From assembly GCA_037379345.1 (NCBI GenBank), contig CM074519.1, positions 6,572,001 to 6,636,000 of the forward strand: a stretch of DNA of 64,000 nucleotides. The letters run 5' to 3'. The notes below the pieces were generated by a model. The model saw only the letters and a list, made by a program, of their open reading frames with translations. It was not told the origin of the DNA and ran no database searches. Each line of letters opens with the position of its first letter. The first letter of the stretch is position 1. Origin of the DNA: Perna viridis (lineage: Eukaryota). Positions 1-13,203 of this stretch are shown here, piece after piece. Made by a program: the position numbers and the translations under genes.

Positions 1-26
1 AACATTACGAACACAAAACGGAACAT
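1..26 (-). CDS. Start of a paralogous GPCR copy running off the window edge
   Basis: Bases 1-560 align with 13178-13775; this copy retains ATG (MFRFVFVM...) where the pseudogene has GTG. Confidence 0.6.
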
Positions 27-599
27 TATTGTTGACGATTTGCCTTCAAAGTAACAAAATAAAGATCTAACTCCGAATAAACCAATTTATATTTAAATAC
101 GTGCTTCATTTTTATTTTATTGTTTTTTGTCTAGATAAACAATTACTTAATAGCATGCTATGACTATGATATTTCAGTTTATCTTTTTATCTTATTGACA
201 TTTAATTCTTATTTGTTATAATTCACGGAGATATCATGTATTTGAAATGCGTGTGATGTGTAAATCTGACCGAGTGTACAGACCATACTTTATATTAGAC
301 GGAAACACTGAGCCAAATGTTAAATTAAGAAATAAATCACGGATGGATTTTACCAATTTTACCACGGTCCAGTCACCTATATCACATTGCTGTACCCATA
401 GCTATAGTTAGAGATTATAGAGACATTAATGACCAGCATGCAGTAAATCAATAATTAAATAGAGTTTCAGTGATTTATTTCGATTCTAATTAGACAAATT
501 TCTTTATATTTTTGAAAGGGACAGAGCCGATGTATTTATCACCTTTTTACAACGGCTGTAATCCAATCATCAACTTCATGGTGATTTTTATGTACCTTT

Positions 600-3500
600 A
601 TACCTACCATTACCTAATCAATTTGTTGCCAATGAATATTCTCGGATTCTTTTTTTCAGTCTAAGCCTGTATTTGTACCCCACTGGGACAAAAAGCCAAG
701 ATATTTATGACTTAATTGTTTGAGAGACTTAGACTTCCTGGGATAGTATGTGTGAACAAACTAAACAAACGTATAAACCATTGTTTAGCCCAATGTCTCA
801 GCTTTACAATGGCACAAAGAAAGTTGCGGTAGTACTTTTGGTTTTGCGGTGAAATGAAAAATAATATACACCTTACCCGCAGACAAATCGCTTAAATTGA
901 CATATTATTGAATATCAGAACCCCTAGAGTATTTATACTTCTGTAAAAAATGGCTTATTTGGTATTTTCTGTTTAGTTTTATCACAATTTAATCTTCTGG
1001 GGATCTTTTGATGAATTTTGGCAATTTTCGGAGTCAGAATTATCAAAAAAACGCGAAAAGATGGTTTTCGATTTTTCGTTCAAAAGTCACATAAATTCGA
1101 CTCTTCAACTTATTTATAAAATAAAACGTCTCAAATTTGGTATCATTTGATATATCATTTAATTTCCTACATAAATACATTACGAAAAACTAATTTTCAA
1201 GGATTTTCCAAAAAAAAAAAATTAAAAGTATTACCCCAAACCCCTGGAAAATTGATCTCAGTATCCAACAGAATTATCATTAATAGCAAACGTACATTGT
1301 AGAACTCATATTGTGGGCATTCATAATTGAGATAATGATGTGCTTGACATATCTGATCAATTCAGGAACTTAGATTTTCCTTTTGGGGGGACATAACTTT
1401 AAGATCGGAAAATGGGAACTTTCAGAATTTTAGAATTTTCTACAATATCTCCCGGTGTTGTCTTTTTTTCAGAATACCATAGTTTAAACCAGCTTCTGTG
1501 CGATACGGTCCAATAGTGTCTTAGCTTCAAAATGAGCTCAAGTAATAAATATATGAACTTTTCTAAGTCAAGTTAGGTGGAAAATTGCCACCTCTATTCA
1601 TGATAAAAATGCCTGAACGTGAACTAAAATGTTAAATTGTGGCGTATAAACGGTGTACAATAGACATGTTGGGTACTATCGGTTTAATTATCGATGTATT
1701 GTACATATTTTTGCATTTCAGGCGGGTATTCTTCAATTTTAATGTGACGATAACGAGTTTTTCATAAGAAGTGAATTTTCGGAATTTCATATTTTCGTTA
1801 ATTTCACGTATAATTGTCAATTTCTTTTAAATACCGTACTTCAAACAAGCTTTTGTAAATTCAAATACCATTATATAGTGTCTTATCTTCCTAATGAGCC
1901 CAATTGATAAATATTTGAACTTTTCAAAGTCTAAATAAGTGGAAAATTGCACACCTACCCATGGTAAAAAAATGCCTCAACATGAACTAAAATGTTAATT
2001 TTTGGCATATAAACGGTGTGTAATAGACATGTTGTTTTCTACTATTTTATTTATCGATGTATTCAACACACCTGGTCTTTTCAGGTGCTAATTTTTCATT
2101 TTAAATATGACAATAATGAGTTTTTCATAAAGAGGTGATTTTTTGGAATTTCATATTTTCTTCTATTTTTTTTTCAAGTACCCTACTTCAAGCAAACTTT
2201 TGCATTTACAAACACACCTATGTAGCATCTAAGCTTTCTAATGAGCCAATGCATCGCATTGCATTGGTTGATTAGCAATTTGTCAATGGTGTTGTATAGG
2301 CTTGCCAATCATTTATCGTAGTTGCTTATTTGAAACCGTTCTTGTATAAACATAATGATAACCAACAAAATCAAATCATGTAAAAACTGTGATATATTTT
2401 AAACGCAAATCATAAAATTTACGTGCTAAAATGGGTGATAACATGTTTTATTCTTAATTTTCCCTTTTTGTACTACTTTGTCGTCTTCGGAACAATAAAT
2501 GCATAATTTTGCTAGACAATGTGATTGATACAAGAAGATCTCCATAATAAATGGCAGACAGACATTGTGTACAGTTCGTGTATGCTATAAACGATCATTT
2601 CCTTTCACATCGGGGCAGATTGTAGAGGGTAGAGGTACCACTCTTTCGCCCAATGGCTTGAAATACGTGTAATTGTGCATTTCATTTGTGTTTGAACATA
2701 AAAGGCTTGTGTGAGGTAAGGTACTTGCAAAACATTACCCATTACAGGCAAAATGGGAGAAAAATTAAAATCTGAAAATTCCTAACTTTATGAAAATTTC
2801 AAATATTTATTACGTGGGTTCATTTTGAAACTAAGACATTATAATAATGTACTCTATCAGACAAAATTGACCAGATATGTTGGGTACATTTATTAACTTA
2901 ATAACGAATGCCTCAAATATGAGTTCTACGGTGTCAGTATGCTTTGAATGAGAATTCTTTTGGATAATGAGACCAGTTTTCCAGGGGTAGGAGTAGTTTT
3001 TATTTTAACATTTTTTAAATTCATTCTTTTTATAATTCAAAATTAGTTTTTTTCGTGATTCATTTATGTAGGAAATTGAATAATCTATCGAATGATACCA
3101 AATTTGAGTAATAACCTGTAGAGTCGAATGTATGTGACCTTTTTCCGAAAAATTGAAAATCACCAAAATTCATCAAAAGAACCCCAGAAGTATAAATTGT
3201 GATAATAATAAACAGAAAATACCAAATAACCCAATTTTTTATACTGAAGCATAATTTTTCTGGGTTTTCACATTAAAAAATATGTCAATTTAAGCGATTT
3301 TTTGGCGAGTAAGGGGTACATTTTTTCATTTTACTGCAAAACCCAAAGTGTTACCGCAACTTTCTGGTACTATTGTGACGCTGAAACATTAGGCCATATG
3401 ATGATACATAAATATGTCAGTTTCCGTCGTTCTTTAGATCTTCTTGCAGGTCCGGGTGTAAAAAGAATAGACCTGCGGCAGCGCTAAGCTTGTCTAAATA

Positions 3501-4129
3501 GCGCTCAGAAACCTTGCCGGGGGCCAGGCGCTCTGCCCACAGAGCAACTGGGATGTGTGCCCCAGGTGGTGGAATGAGGTACCCCTGGCGGGTTACATAC
3601 TGGGGTTGTCAGGCTATAATACGGAAAACCTGACGGCAACCAATAGTGGGAAAGATGCCACGTTCCTTGCACGTTAAAGAACCCTGCTGTGGTATTCGGT
3701 AGGAGTAGGAACATTTGCGCTCCACCACAGGAGGCTAAATTGTCCGACCTTACCCATCCCTTCCTTTTTCTAGTGGCAATCTAAATTTGTCGACCCTATT
3801 ATCCTTGTGTCCCATCCCTTTTTTTCATTTCATCATCGTTCATGTTCATTTTATCATCCATTTCATGTGCATCGTCTGAATATAGCTGAAATATTGCTGC
3901 TTGGGAGTTAAACCCAAACAGCCAATCAATCAATCAATCGTTCTTTAGAAAGAAGTAGTTCGTAGAATCAAAAAAAAAAATTAAATAGATTTTTGCCTCA
4001 ATGAGGTATAAAATGTAGCAAAAAAGTAAAAATAAGTAAAATACGAAAATGGGAGGCATAAGGCTACCTGAAAATTATATTTTCGTTTATGAGTGGGGGT
4101 GCATGGGGGTTATCTCAGCCCACGTACTA
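600..4129. mobile_element. Non-autonomous long-inverted-repeat (foldback-like) DNA element
   Basis: About 790-1480 is the diverged reverse complement of about 2740-3390, and the arms extend to ~670 and ~4010. Internal ~350-bp direct repeat at 1470-2180. Absent from the paralogous segment at 13775-13920. Confidence 0.75.
3439..3937 (+). mobile_element. SINE-like retroposon, copy 1
   Basis: 12-bp TSD TCGTTCTTTAGA (3427-3438, 3938-3949); (CAAT)n tail; GCACGTTAAAGAACCC core motif. Confidence 0.9.
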
Positions 4130-7100
4130 TTATTGAAACATCTTAAAAATCGGGACTTGTATCATAGAGCCCGTAGTAATAGGTCAGGGAAGTAAATTCA
4201 AAGTGAAATTAGCATTAAAATTGAATTTAAAATTGAAAAATACCTTTCCGTGATTAAAAAAAAAAGAATAAATTAACATGTTTCCTATCTCGCCCCCTTT
4301 ATAATGACTTCAACAAACGTAAGAAAAATGTATAAGTGCGAAGCTAAGTAATATCAGACATTTGATATTCTATGATATTCTATGGCATGGGTGACATTTT
4401 CTAATCCACGATTTAATCTTATTTGGTATTTGTGTTAGAATTGTCAATATTGTTTAGTACCCAATCTGAATTTGCAATCAAAGATTAAAATATGAACAGA
4501 AAGTTTTATATCAGTACACAATATTGGTAAGATGTGTACATGCATACTTTGTTATCCCATGTCGAATGTTGACGGACCTCATTTTCTGTTTGATAGGGAT
4601 CTGATTTAAACAAAACGTGCACGTACCAAACAAAAATCATTTCAATGCTTCTAAAAGACCAATGTTCAAGTATTATAAGCATGTACAACATAACTTTTAG
4701 GTTATCTTTAACTTTAAGGTTTTGCCTAATCTTAATACCCTTCCTTCCATTTTAAAGTAGAATTACTATGGATGTTTATGTAATGTGTTGCCGTTCATTG
4801 TTTGGCTTTCATTAGGTGGTTAAAATTTAAGGAATCATACACGGCTTTTACATGAATTCTCTTATTCTCATTCTTCTAAACCCTAACTTCCCGCTTAAGG
4901 GGACATTGACATTTTATAAAAGTATATAAAATTCTTTTTATTGATAAACAAAACAGTTACAGCGAAGCCTGTCTAAACCGAAGCATGAATAACTGAAAAC
5001 CTTCCTAAGTCACTTTTTTATGATTTTAAATGTTTTTCTTTTAAGCCAAACATCTGACAAAACTGAACCAATTTTAAAGTCTTAACGGGTATCGTTTAAA
5101 AAGGGTTTCACTGTATATTAAAACTGTGAAAGTATTTCTATTATATGGAATTATTGCATTTATAACCGTTAATATTTCCCCGAAAAGAAATCGTACTGCA
5201 CATACCAGTGAGTGCACTATATTGCTCTGTGAAAGGTAACATTTACCTATACAAATTCAGAAAAAAATTTTATATAGTAAAGGATAGACATGTGTATGTG
5301 GTTTTAAAGATACAATGCAGTCTTCTCAAATTTATTAACAAATTAGTATCGATTTAGCTAGTTCAAATTCATTTTTGGAGATCAAATACCCTTATACATA
5401 AACTATGTACCGCGTTCTCATGTAGGGTCATACCCTTCAAGGTCAATCTCAGCTTGCTTTTGTGATATGGAACTTTCTGGTATCAACATAAAGAGATCCA
5501 TACACTGAAATGGGAACCTTAAGGGTCACAGCCCTCCACAATGATGAGAATGCAAAACATCATAAAACAGCAATTTTGTTTGATATCAGATAAAAATGAA
5601 ATGTATGTAAAACCTGTGAAAATTTAAAATAACTACACATCTTTATATTGCATTGTATATGGTAGAACATCTCGCTGATGGATTTATCGATGGTTTTGGT
5701 TTTGAGTACTTCTTGTATACAACTGATATTTTGATTATGATGTTCCTACATATTTGATTTTAATGCTGTTGATGAGGTTACTTCTTGACACACGTGTACA
5801 GCATATCGAAATTTACAATATATAAAACTGGTATTTTTTGTATTTAACAATTATTTGGCTGAACAGGTAATGTGTTTGGTGCTCTTTGCCCGGTTCGTTA
5901 TGGTGATTGTATACGGTATCAATTTTAGGTGTTGAATCCAAATGTGACAAACTTTTATAATTCGTTCTATTGTTGCATTTTCCAACCACTCTCCTAGGTT
6001 AGGAGAGGGATGAGCGCTATCGAGCATATTTTATGCCTATCTTTGATGACGTGTGCTGACCCGTATACGTTTAATTGTTTTGCATTCGGTGGATGATTGT
6101 CTCATTGAAAATCATAACACATCACCTATTTGTATTGTTAGGGAATTTTTCAATCTCTGGTTTTGGTCAATAAAATTAAGACAAATATGCTGATCAAAGG
6201 GTGTTTTAAAATGACAACTCTTCATTGTAAACATAATTCTGTTTTCAAATTGCTGTTCTTTACAAATAATTTATAGATAAGAGGATAAAAATATCAGTTT
6301 CATTATCTAAAGTACAGCATCTACAAGACAATAGACAAACATCCAATGTGAAAATAAGCAACTTGAAACAGTGTCTTCAACCGCCCCTTTCTCCACCCTT
6401 AAAAAAGTCCCAAGACGCCAGCGAAAGTTGTTAAACAGAAATGGCAGCACAATATAATCAACTATATATGGTGACTAACAATTCTGCCAAATTTTAACGA
6501 TATCTGTCAAGGGGGGTTTCGAAGGAGTGCGTCATCAATTGTGACCAGCCAGATGCAGAGACAGACGCATAGGAACCAATATTTCTATTTCCCCATCCGG
6601 CTATTTAGGAAATAGGTGCCATTTCCACAACATTATTTACTGAAGGTGGTTTGATTGATAATTTTATTTATTGTGATTTATCAAACTATGGTACATATTT
6701 GATATATTTGATGTATATAAGGGAAAGAAAATTTTGTTGTAACTCAAGGGATCAAACTCATGAACCAACGCGATTATTGAAAGTGTGAAAGTGCTAAGAG
6801 TCACTTCCTACCTGTGTTAGTACATAATAAAAGTTCATGATACAGATGGCCCTTTTGCTACTTAACACAGTATTGCCTTTTTTTTTTTTTTTTTTTTTTT
6901 ATTTATTTATTTTTTTTTATTTTTTTTTGTAAAACAAAACAAGTTCATTATGTACCAAAACTAGTAATAAACAAGTGCATGAAATAAAACAAGAAGCTGA
7001 TGTCAAAGCCCACGATATAGCCATACCAATATAAAGTAGTTTCCAAAATATCAAATGGCTGTAATGAATATCTGCAATGAGAACGTCAAATGCATGGATG

Positions 7101-8369
7101 GATAAACAGACTGACAGACTAACAGGATGATCCCTACGGTGGATATAAAAATTTGCAAGTTAAATGTAAAAAAAATAGATACAACTACATTATTGTTTAG
7201 TGCTTCAATCAAATGAAATGTATATTTCAAATTGTTTTTGACCACTGGTCTTTAAATTCTTTAATTTTTTTTTCTAAAATGCACATTTTTGTCATGTTTC
7301 AAGATTGGTAATGCTACAAAACCATGCCAATGACACCACTGAATAATATAATAGCTGTCAGCACTGTAGGTTTTTGATTCTTGTGAAAATTGTAGCATGA
7401 ACAAACTTTCTAACATGACATTATGTACAAATAAACTTTAATAGTATATTTGTGTTTCCCGTGTTATTTAGACCTATTCACTCCTGATATGTAGAAACTG
7501 AAACTACAATCTTAACCACTGGTTTGTGATGTATTAACTGTAATATACATTAAAATAGTATCCAATTTTACTCACATTTACAAATTTTATTCCATTTAAC
7601 ATCTTTACCCAAATGTTCAGACCTGTCCAACAGTAAATTTGCTTTTACATTAAAAGTATTTTAACTGAGTATCTATCAGATGTTGTTGTTATACTCAAAT
7701 AAAATTAATTTCATCTTTAACAATAATTTCCCTGATGAGCATAAAACTTTCCAATAGACACATTTTATCAATTTAATATTTCCCGCCATTTTTCTATGTT
7801 AAATCCGCTCCTTTTTACTTTCACTTTATCAATCATATAATATCAATGATAGGATGATAATTTTGACTGATTAATGTGTTTTAATTAGAACATGGTCAAC
7901 ATATTTAATAGTTCTTGACACTTGACATCATATTACAGGCTTGTGAAGAATATTATAAGAATTAAATAGCATTTAAACCTATGATTTTTCAACTCTTTTT
8001 ACTTATATTCCCCATACTCAGTTAAAATCACGACTCTAAAAAATGATACATCGTTGTAACTCCAAAAAATACGGTGCACCAACACCTAGATACAAATTAA
8101 TAATGCATTCCTCTGTGGCACCATTCCATGAGCAACGGCGTATGGAGTATTCATATCACATCGCATACGTTGTCAGAGTTTGCCGTAACCATGCCGACGT
8201 GTTTGTATTGTGCTGGACTTCTTACAAACAATTAGATTTCTTGAACAGAGTTATGTTACTACAAGATTGAAGTCATCACTACAGACGTTTTATAATTGTC
8301 ATCATTATGAACTCGTAAATCGTTACGGGTGTATCCGTCTCCACCATGAAAACCGATTTGTTCAATATG

Positions 8370-9165
8370 TGATGGCTTGCCTTTCCTTTTTCGTCTATCC
8401 TGGACTTGAATTTTTATGAGCAACTTGGAGAGTGTTTTTAAAAAGCACAGGACGCTTACGCTACCGCTGCACCTGATCAATAATCCCAGTTTTTGGTAAA
8501 GACCGAGTTACTCATTTACTTTTGTTATTTGTATGTATTATTTTGGTTATTTAATGTTCTTTGTTCTGTATGTCTGTTTTCCATATCTTTTGTTTGTCCT
8601 GGATTACATTCTTTTGATCTCCGCTAGAATCTTGGTTCTTTTGATTACTCTTTCAATGATTAAAGGATAATACGCAATAATTATCATCCTCATGTGCATC
8701 TACTTAAGTTACACATCCTTAATAATTAATGTAATTGAAATCCATTGAATTGTTGTTAGTTGCTATAGTTAACAAATAAATGAAAATACGGGAAAAATGA
8801 ATATTGACCGATAGATAGGTTTATTTCTATTTCAACAACAATAACAACAAACAAAAATTGCAATCCAGTGAATAAGGGTAACACTAAAATTACCATTCAT
8901 GTCATAGTTTTACTTTCCTTTTTCTTCTATCCCGGACTTAATTAATTATGAGTAACTTTTTGTCGGGGAGGGGGGTGAAAACATGTACATAATTCAAAGT
9001 TTTCAGCGGAGTTCGAGTTGCTCATTTACTTTTGTTACTTTGTATGTATTATTTTAGTTACTTTATGTTCTTTGTTGTGTATGTCTGTTTTCCATGTCTG
9101 GTCTTTGTCCCTGGATTGCTTCTTTTGATTACCGCTATAACCTTGGTTTCCTTGATTACACTTTA
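8370..9165 (+). repeat. Two adjacent copies of a dispersed repeat family
   Basis: GAGTT(A/G)CTCATTTACTTTTGTTA..TGTATGTATTATTTT..GGATT..TTCTTTTGAT at ~8505 and ~9015; relatives at ~9610-9760, ~33740-33890 (minus) and ~35510-35720. Confidence 0.75.
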
Positions 9166-11389
9166 AAGTAATTTTCAAATATTAGGTCACTGTTTTCATA
9201 AATGAAGTTTTGAAATATAGTCACTGAGGTTTTAAATAGTGAATTTTGCTAGTACACCAAGTGACTTACTTGAATCTGAATAGGGTACACTGTTTGACAA
9301 TCTATGTATAAAAATGTATACTTCCTTTTTTCCTATAGTCAAAAGTTGAAAAATTTTAGGTTCAAAAGATAAAATAATATTTCATGTCCCGACATATTAC
9401 AACTTAAAAAGATTATTTAAGTGAGAACGTTCTTTACTTTTGTAACGTCAAATATCCTGAAACATTTATTTTCATTTTTTTCAATTAGTTAATTTTAAAG
9501 TATTATGACGGAATGGCTAGAACTGCTTTCTAACATTGTTTAGGCTATTACATCCTTTTCTGTAATAGCAACACTATTTACAACAAAACAGACAAAACAC
9601 TAAATAAAAGATGTCGGTGCACATGGACGAAAATCCCAGCCTTTATTTGTTTCTTTATACGTGTTTTTATATTTGTTGTGTGTGTTTATTTATCCCCGTC
9701 TTGTCTTTATCCATGGATTATATTATTTTGATTTCTATTATTAGATTGGTTTCCTTGAATACCATCATTCATCAAAGCTGTATATTTTCAGGTTTATTCT
9801 AATCAATGAAGTGAAAAAAATTTGTAATGAACAGAGAACGCACGATCACATACTTTCCTCTGTAAACTGGTAGGGTAGATCTCTCTTTGACAATGTCCAT
9901 AAAACCATTGTCAAACGGTATTTGACGTGGCCAAGCATATCAACAGTCAACAGGACATATTAGCAAACAACTTCCTCCTCATGTTTAAATGAATATGAAT
10001 AACTTCGATCTTAGTACCAGTCCATGTGAAATTCAGACAGTGCCAATACTAAACTACTAAACTAATTCATGGTGTAGAAAATCAACCGAACAATCTCTTT
10101 TCAATCTGAATATGCTACAGTATATATTTACAAAATATTACTTATTTCGGTATTCAGATCTGCACTTTTTGAGGAAATCTTACATTTACCTTCCAATTAA
10201 ATCAGCCAAATCAAACAAAATCAAGAACAATAACTCTTGCAAAAAGCCAATTTAATGTACAATCTTTATGATTTTTTTCTCAAAAGTGCAACCTCAAAAT
10301 GAAAAATATGAGACATGGTATGTGTTCAGGCACAGTTTCTGAACAAGAAATTAAACTGAATTAGTTTTGTTTTTTACATGCATGTATCCCCTTCTGTCTG
10401 ATTTTTATAAAAAAAAGACTGCTATTAACAAAGAATGCTTGGCTTCAATGGAAATCAAAATAATATAATCCATGGATAAAAACTAGACGGGGATAAGTTG
10501 TTTCCACAAAACAGGCAAAACGATTGAACCAGTTAGATTCCTTCATAATGATTTGATAACAAAAATAGCCATCGTCTAGCTATGACCGACTGGAACTGAT
10601 ATTATGAATGCTGGTGTCTTTTGACAGCATAATACAAATTTTGGGAAGAACGACTCGTTACGCTTGTAATCCTGCCATTAAACATTAGAAGTTGTAGATG
10701 ACAACATAACACTAGAAACAAAGTCGCATACATATACATGGCTTCTTTCATGACAATCAAAATATTTACTTTTCTTAAACTGGCATTTTTCGTCATAAAA
10801 GGGTTAACTTCTTCATATTTGGAGAGACTCTGAAAAATTCATAATTTTAAGATGGTTATTGTATTAAAATATTTCACGAACAAAACGCATATAGTATAGA
10901 GCATACCATGCGAGGCTAACGATAAACGTTCAGTCAAACCGGAATATGTATAAGATGAATACTTCAAGGGGATATATTTTCATTTTTTTCTTTTAACATT
11001 TCATTTGAAATCCTGTGTCAATTGTCGAAATAAGAATATGTGTATTATTCTAAAAACAGTCCAGATCGAAGAATGCGAAAATAATGATAAGCTATTTAAA
11101 AATATATCGAAAAATTATAAATAACTGAATAAAGCTTATTGGTAAGGGTAGAAAATTCAATCGAAAGTTTTAAAGTAAGGCCGTAAGCCTCAGTTTATTT
11201 CATTGTATAATGTGCGTTTAATCTGTTTATGGAACTTAAACATTCATTTTCAGGAACGATTGGGACATCAATATGCTTTGTGCTACTTGGCACAATTCAT
11301 TGTGTTTCAAAAACAGAGATCGTATAAAATTGAATATAATTATAAAGTAAGCTAAAGAAATTGACAACAGTATATCTTACATTAAGCAA

Positions 11390-13203
11390 TCACTTTCTTG
11401 AGTAAAACTTCTTCTGAATACATAACCAGTCCAGTCATCCCATCACTTGAACTTAGAATTATCCCAGCAAACAGTTCGACGTTCTTACTAGCATTCCACG
11501 ACGTCGGTATAACATCGTGTGTTTGCTGGAATGTGATTTAAATATCGTCGGTATCATCCATTAGTGTTATCTAGACCAATGTTTTTACATTTACATGTAC
11601 TTTTGAGTCTTCTTTTATGAACAATAACCATTTGTCTAATCTCCTTACCCATTATAATGTAGATTAAAAAGTTTGCTAAAAATCCAATCATTAGAGATAT
11701 GTCTTTGAATTGGAATAGAGTTGAAAGCAACGAATAACCAGCTGGTGTGTTAGGAAGGATTGTTGACAATTGACCTTAATGTACTTCCAACATAATGTTC
11801 ATTGCTTCCGAGCATAAAAATATGACACAAATAACAATCACCATCAAAGTTGATTTTTGTAGTGTTTTACCTCTATGTGAGCAAGTGCTGTATTGGCTTC
11901 TTGTTCTTAGATTCTTCAATTTAAAAGTCATGACCACTGTACTTGTAACAATACATAGTGTTAAGACTAGGTAAAGGATAGCAGCAAAGTAAACATTATC
12001 CGAGACCTTAATACAGGTAAGCCCACCATATATATAAATTTGAAGTATTCATCCACAAGTAAGTAACTGTAGAACACATTGATGTAATGACTGAAAATAA
12101 AACTGTTCCAACTGAACATCGCCCTGTCAAGTATATCTTGGTCCATAGTGGCAACATCACTACAAGTATTTTCTGTGCACATAACCCGCATGTCATGCAG
12201 ACTGATATCAGATGAAACATTTTTGTGAATGCCTCCATAATGTAAAAAGTATAAATCATGTGATTGTATCTAAGTGGTTCTGTTCCTACTACCCCAACGT
12301 CTATGTCAAAGAAATGGCAGTGCAGACAGCTAAAACTGATAGTAATTTCATGATGATTTTTGGTTTCTTAAATATATATAGCATGAATGAGTTTATTGTC
12401 ATAATAACTGAGGTAAGTAATATCTGTAACACTAAAATCCACGAATTGGTTGAAACTGATACAATCAAATTTTCGTTTCCTATGTAGTAATAAAAAAACC
12501 CAAAACAACCCCAACAGAGAGGATGTCGTCGTCTGCATTTAGAAATTCTGTGAATATGTTTCTACATTTATTTGTAGTAAATCTGATTACAGCCGTGGAA
12601 TTTATGTGAGTGGTATAAAACACACATATGTAGTAGAGCTCAAACCCTACTACTGTAGGAAAATATATGTCTATATTTCTTTCATTGGTGAAAACCAGAC
12701 TTTTCTTGCAAACATTATTCTGGTCGAAGAAGTTTACAAAATCAATATAGGTTAATCTGTTATTTAGTTTTACTAAATAGTTCTCTTGGTTGGAAGTAAA
12801 ATATTCATCTACATCACCAATAAAATATATGTCAATACCAGATAAATAAGGAATAAGTGTGTTATTCAGATACTGAACTTTAATATAGTCTGTAGAATTA
12901 TTACAAATGAAGTTTTCCAGAACCGGGTCACATCCTGTGCTGTGATCTTCCTTCTTCCTTTATCGAAAATAAGTTTAACCTACCATCACAGTTCTTTCCC
13001 CTCAGTTCTAGGGAATTAAGGTATAAATCATATTCGGATAAGTCCCAGACACGAACTATTTCTGTGCTGTTGTCTACTGTCAGCGTGGAATATTTAACAT
13101 CATTGCTTAAATTTTCTGACGTATAATTTAAATTATGAGAAACATTTTCATAACTACAAGTTAGGACAATAATACTAGATATTATGAACACCAAGCGGAA
13201 CAC
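11390..13203 (-). pseudogene. Intronless class A GPCR pseudogene (sex-peptide/myosuppressin/FMRFamide-receptor-like) with long ectodomain
   Basis: TM3-like MFHLISVCMTCGLCAQKILVVMLP, TM6-like STLMVIVICVIFLCSE, TM7-like IGFLANFLIYIIMGKEIR. ATG changed to GTG at 13203; several frameshifts (~12950, ~12720, ~12490, ~12005) and stops (~12285-12303, 11776, 11554). 3' end approximate. Confidence 0.85.

Noticed and set aside
10602-10830. Possible isolated exon or ORF on the minus strand
   Set aside because: No recognisable homology and no partner exons
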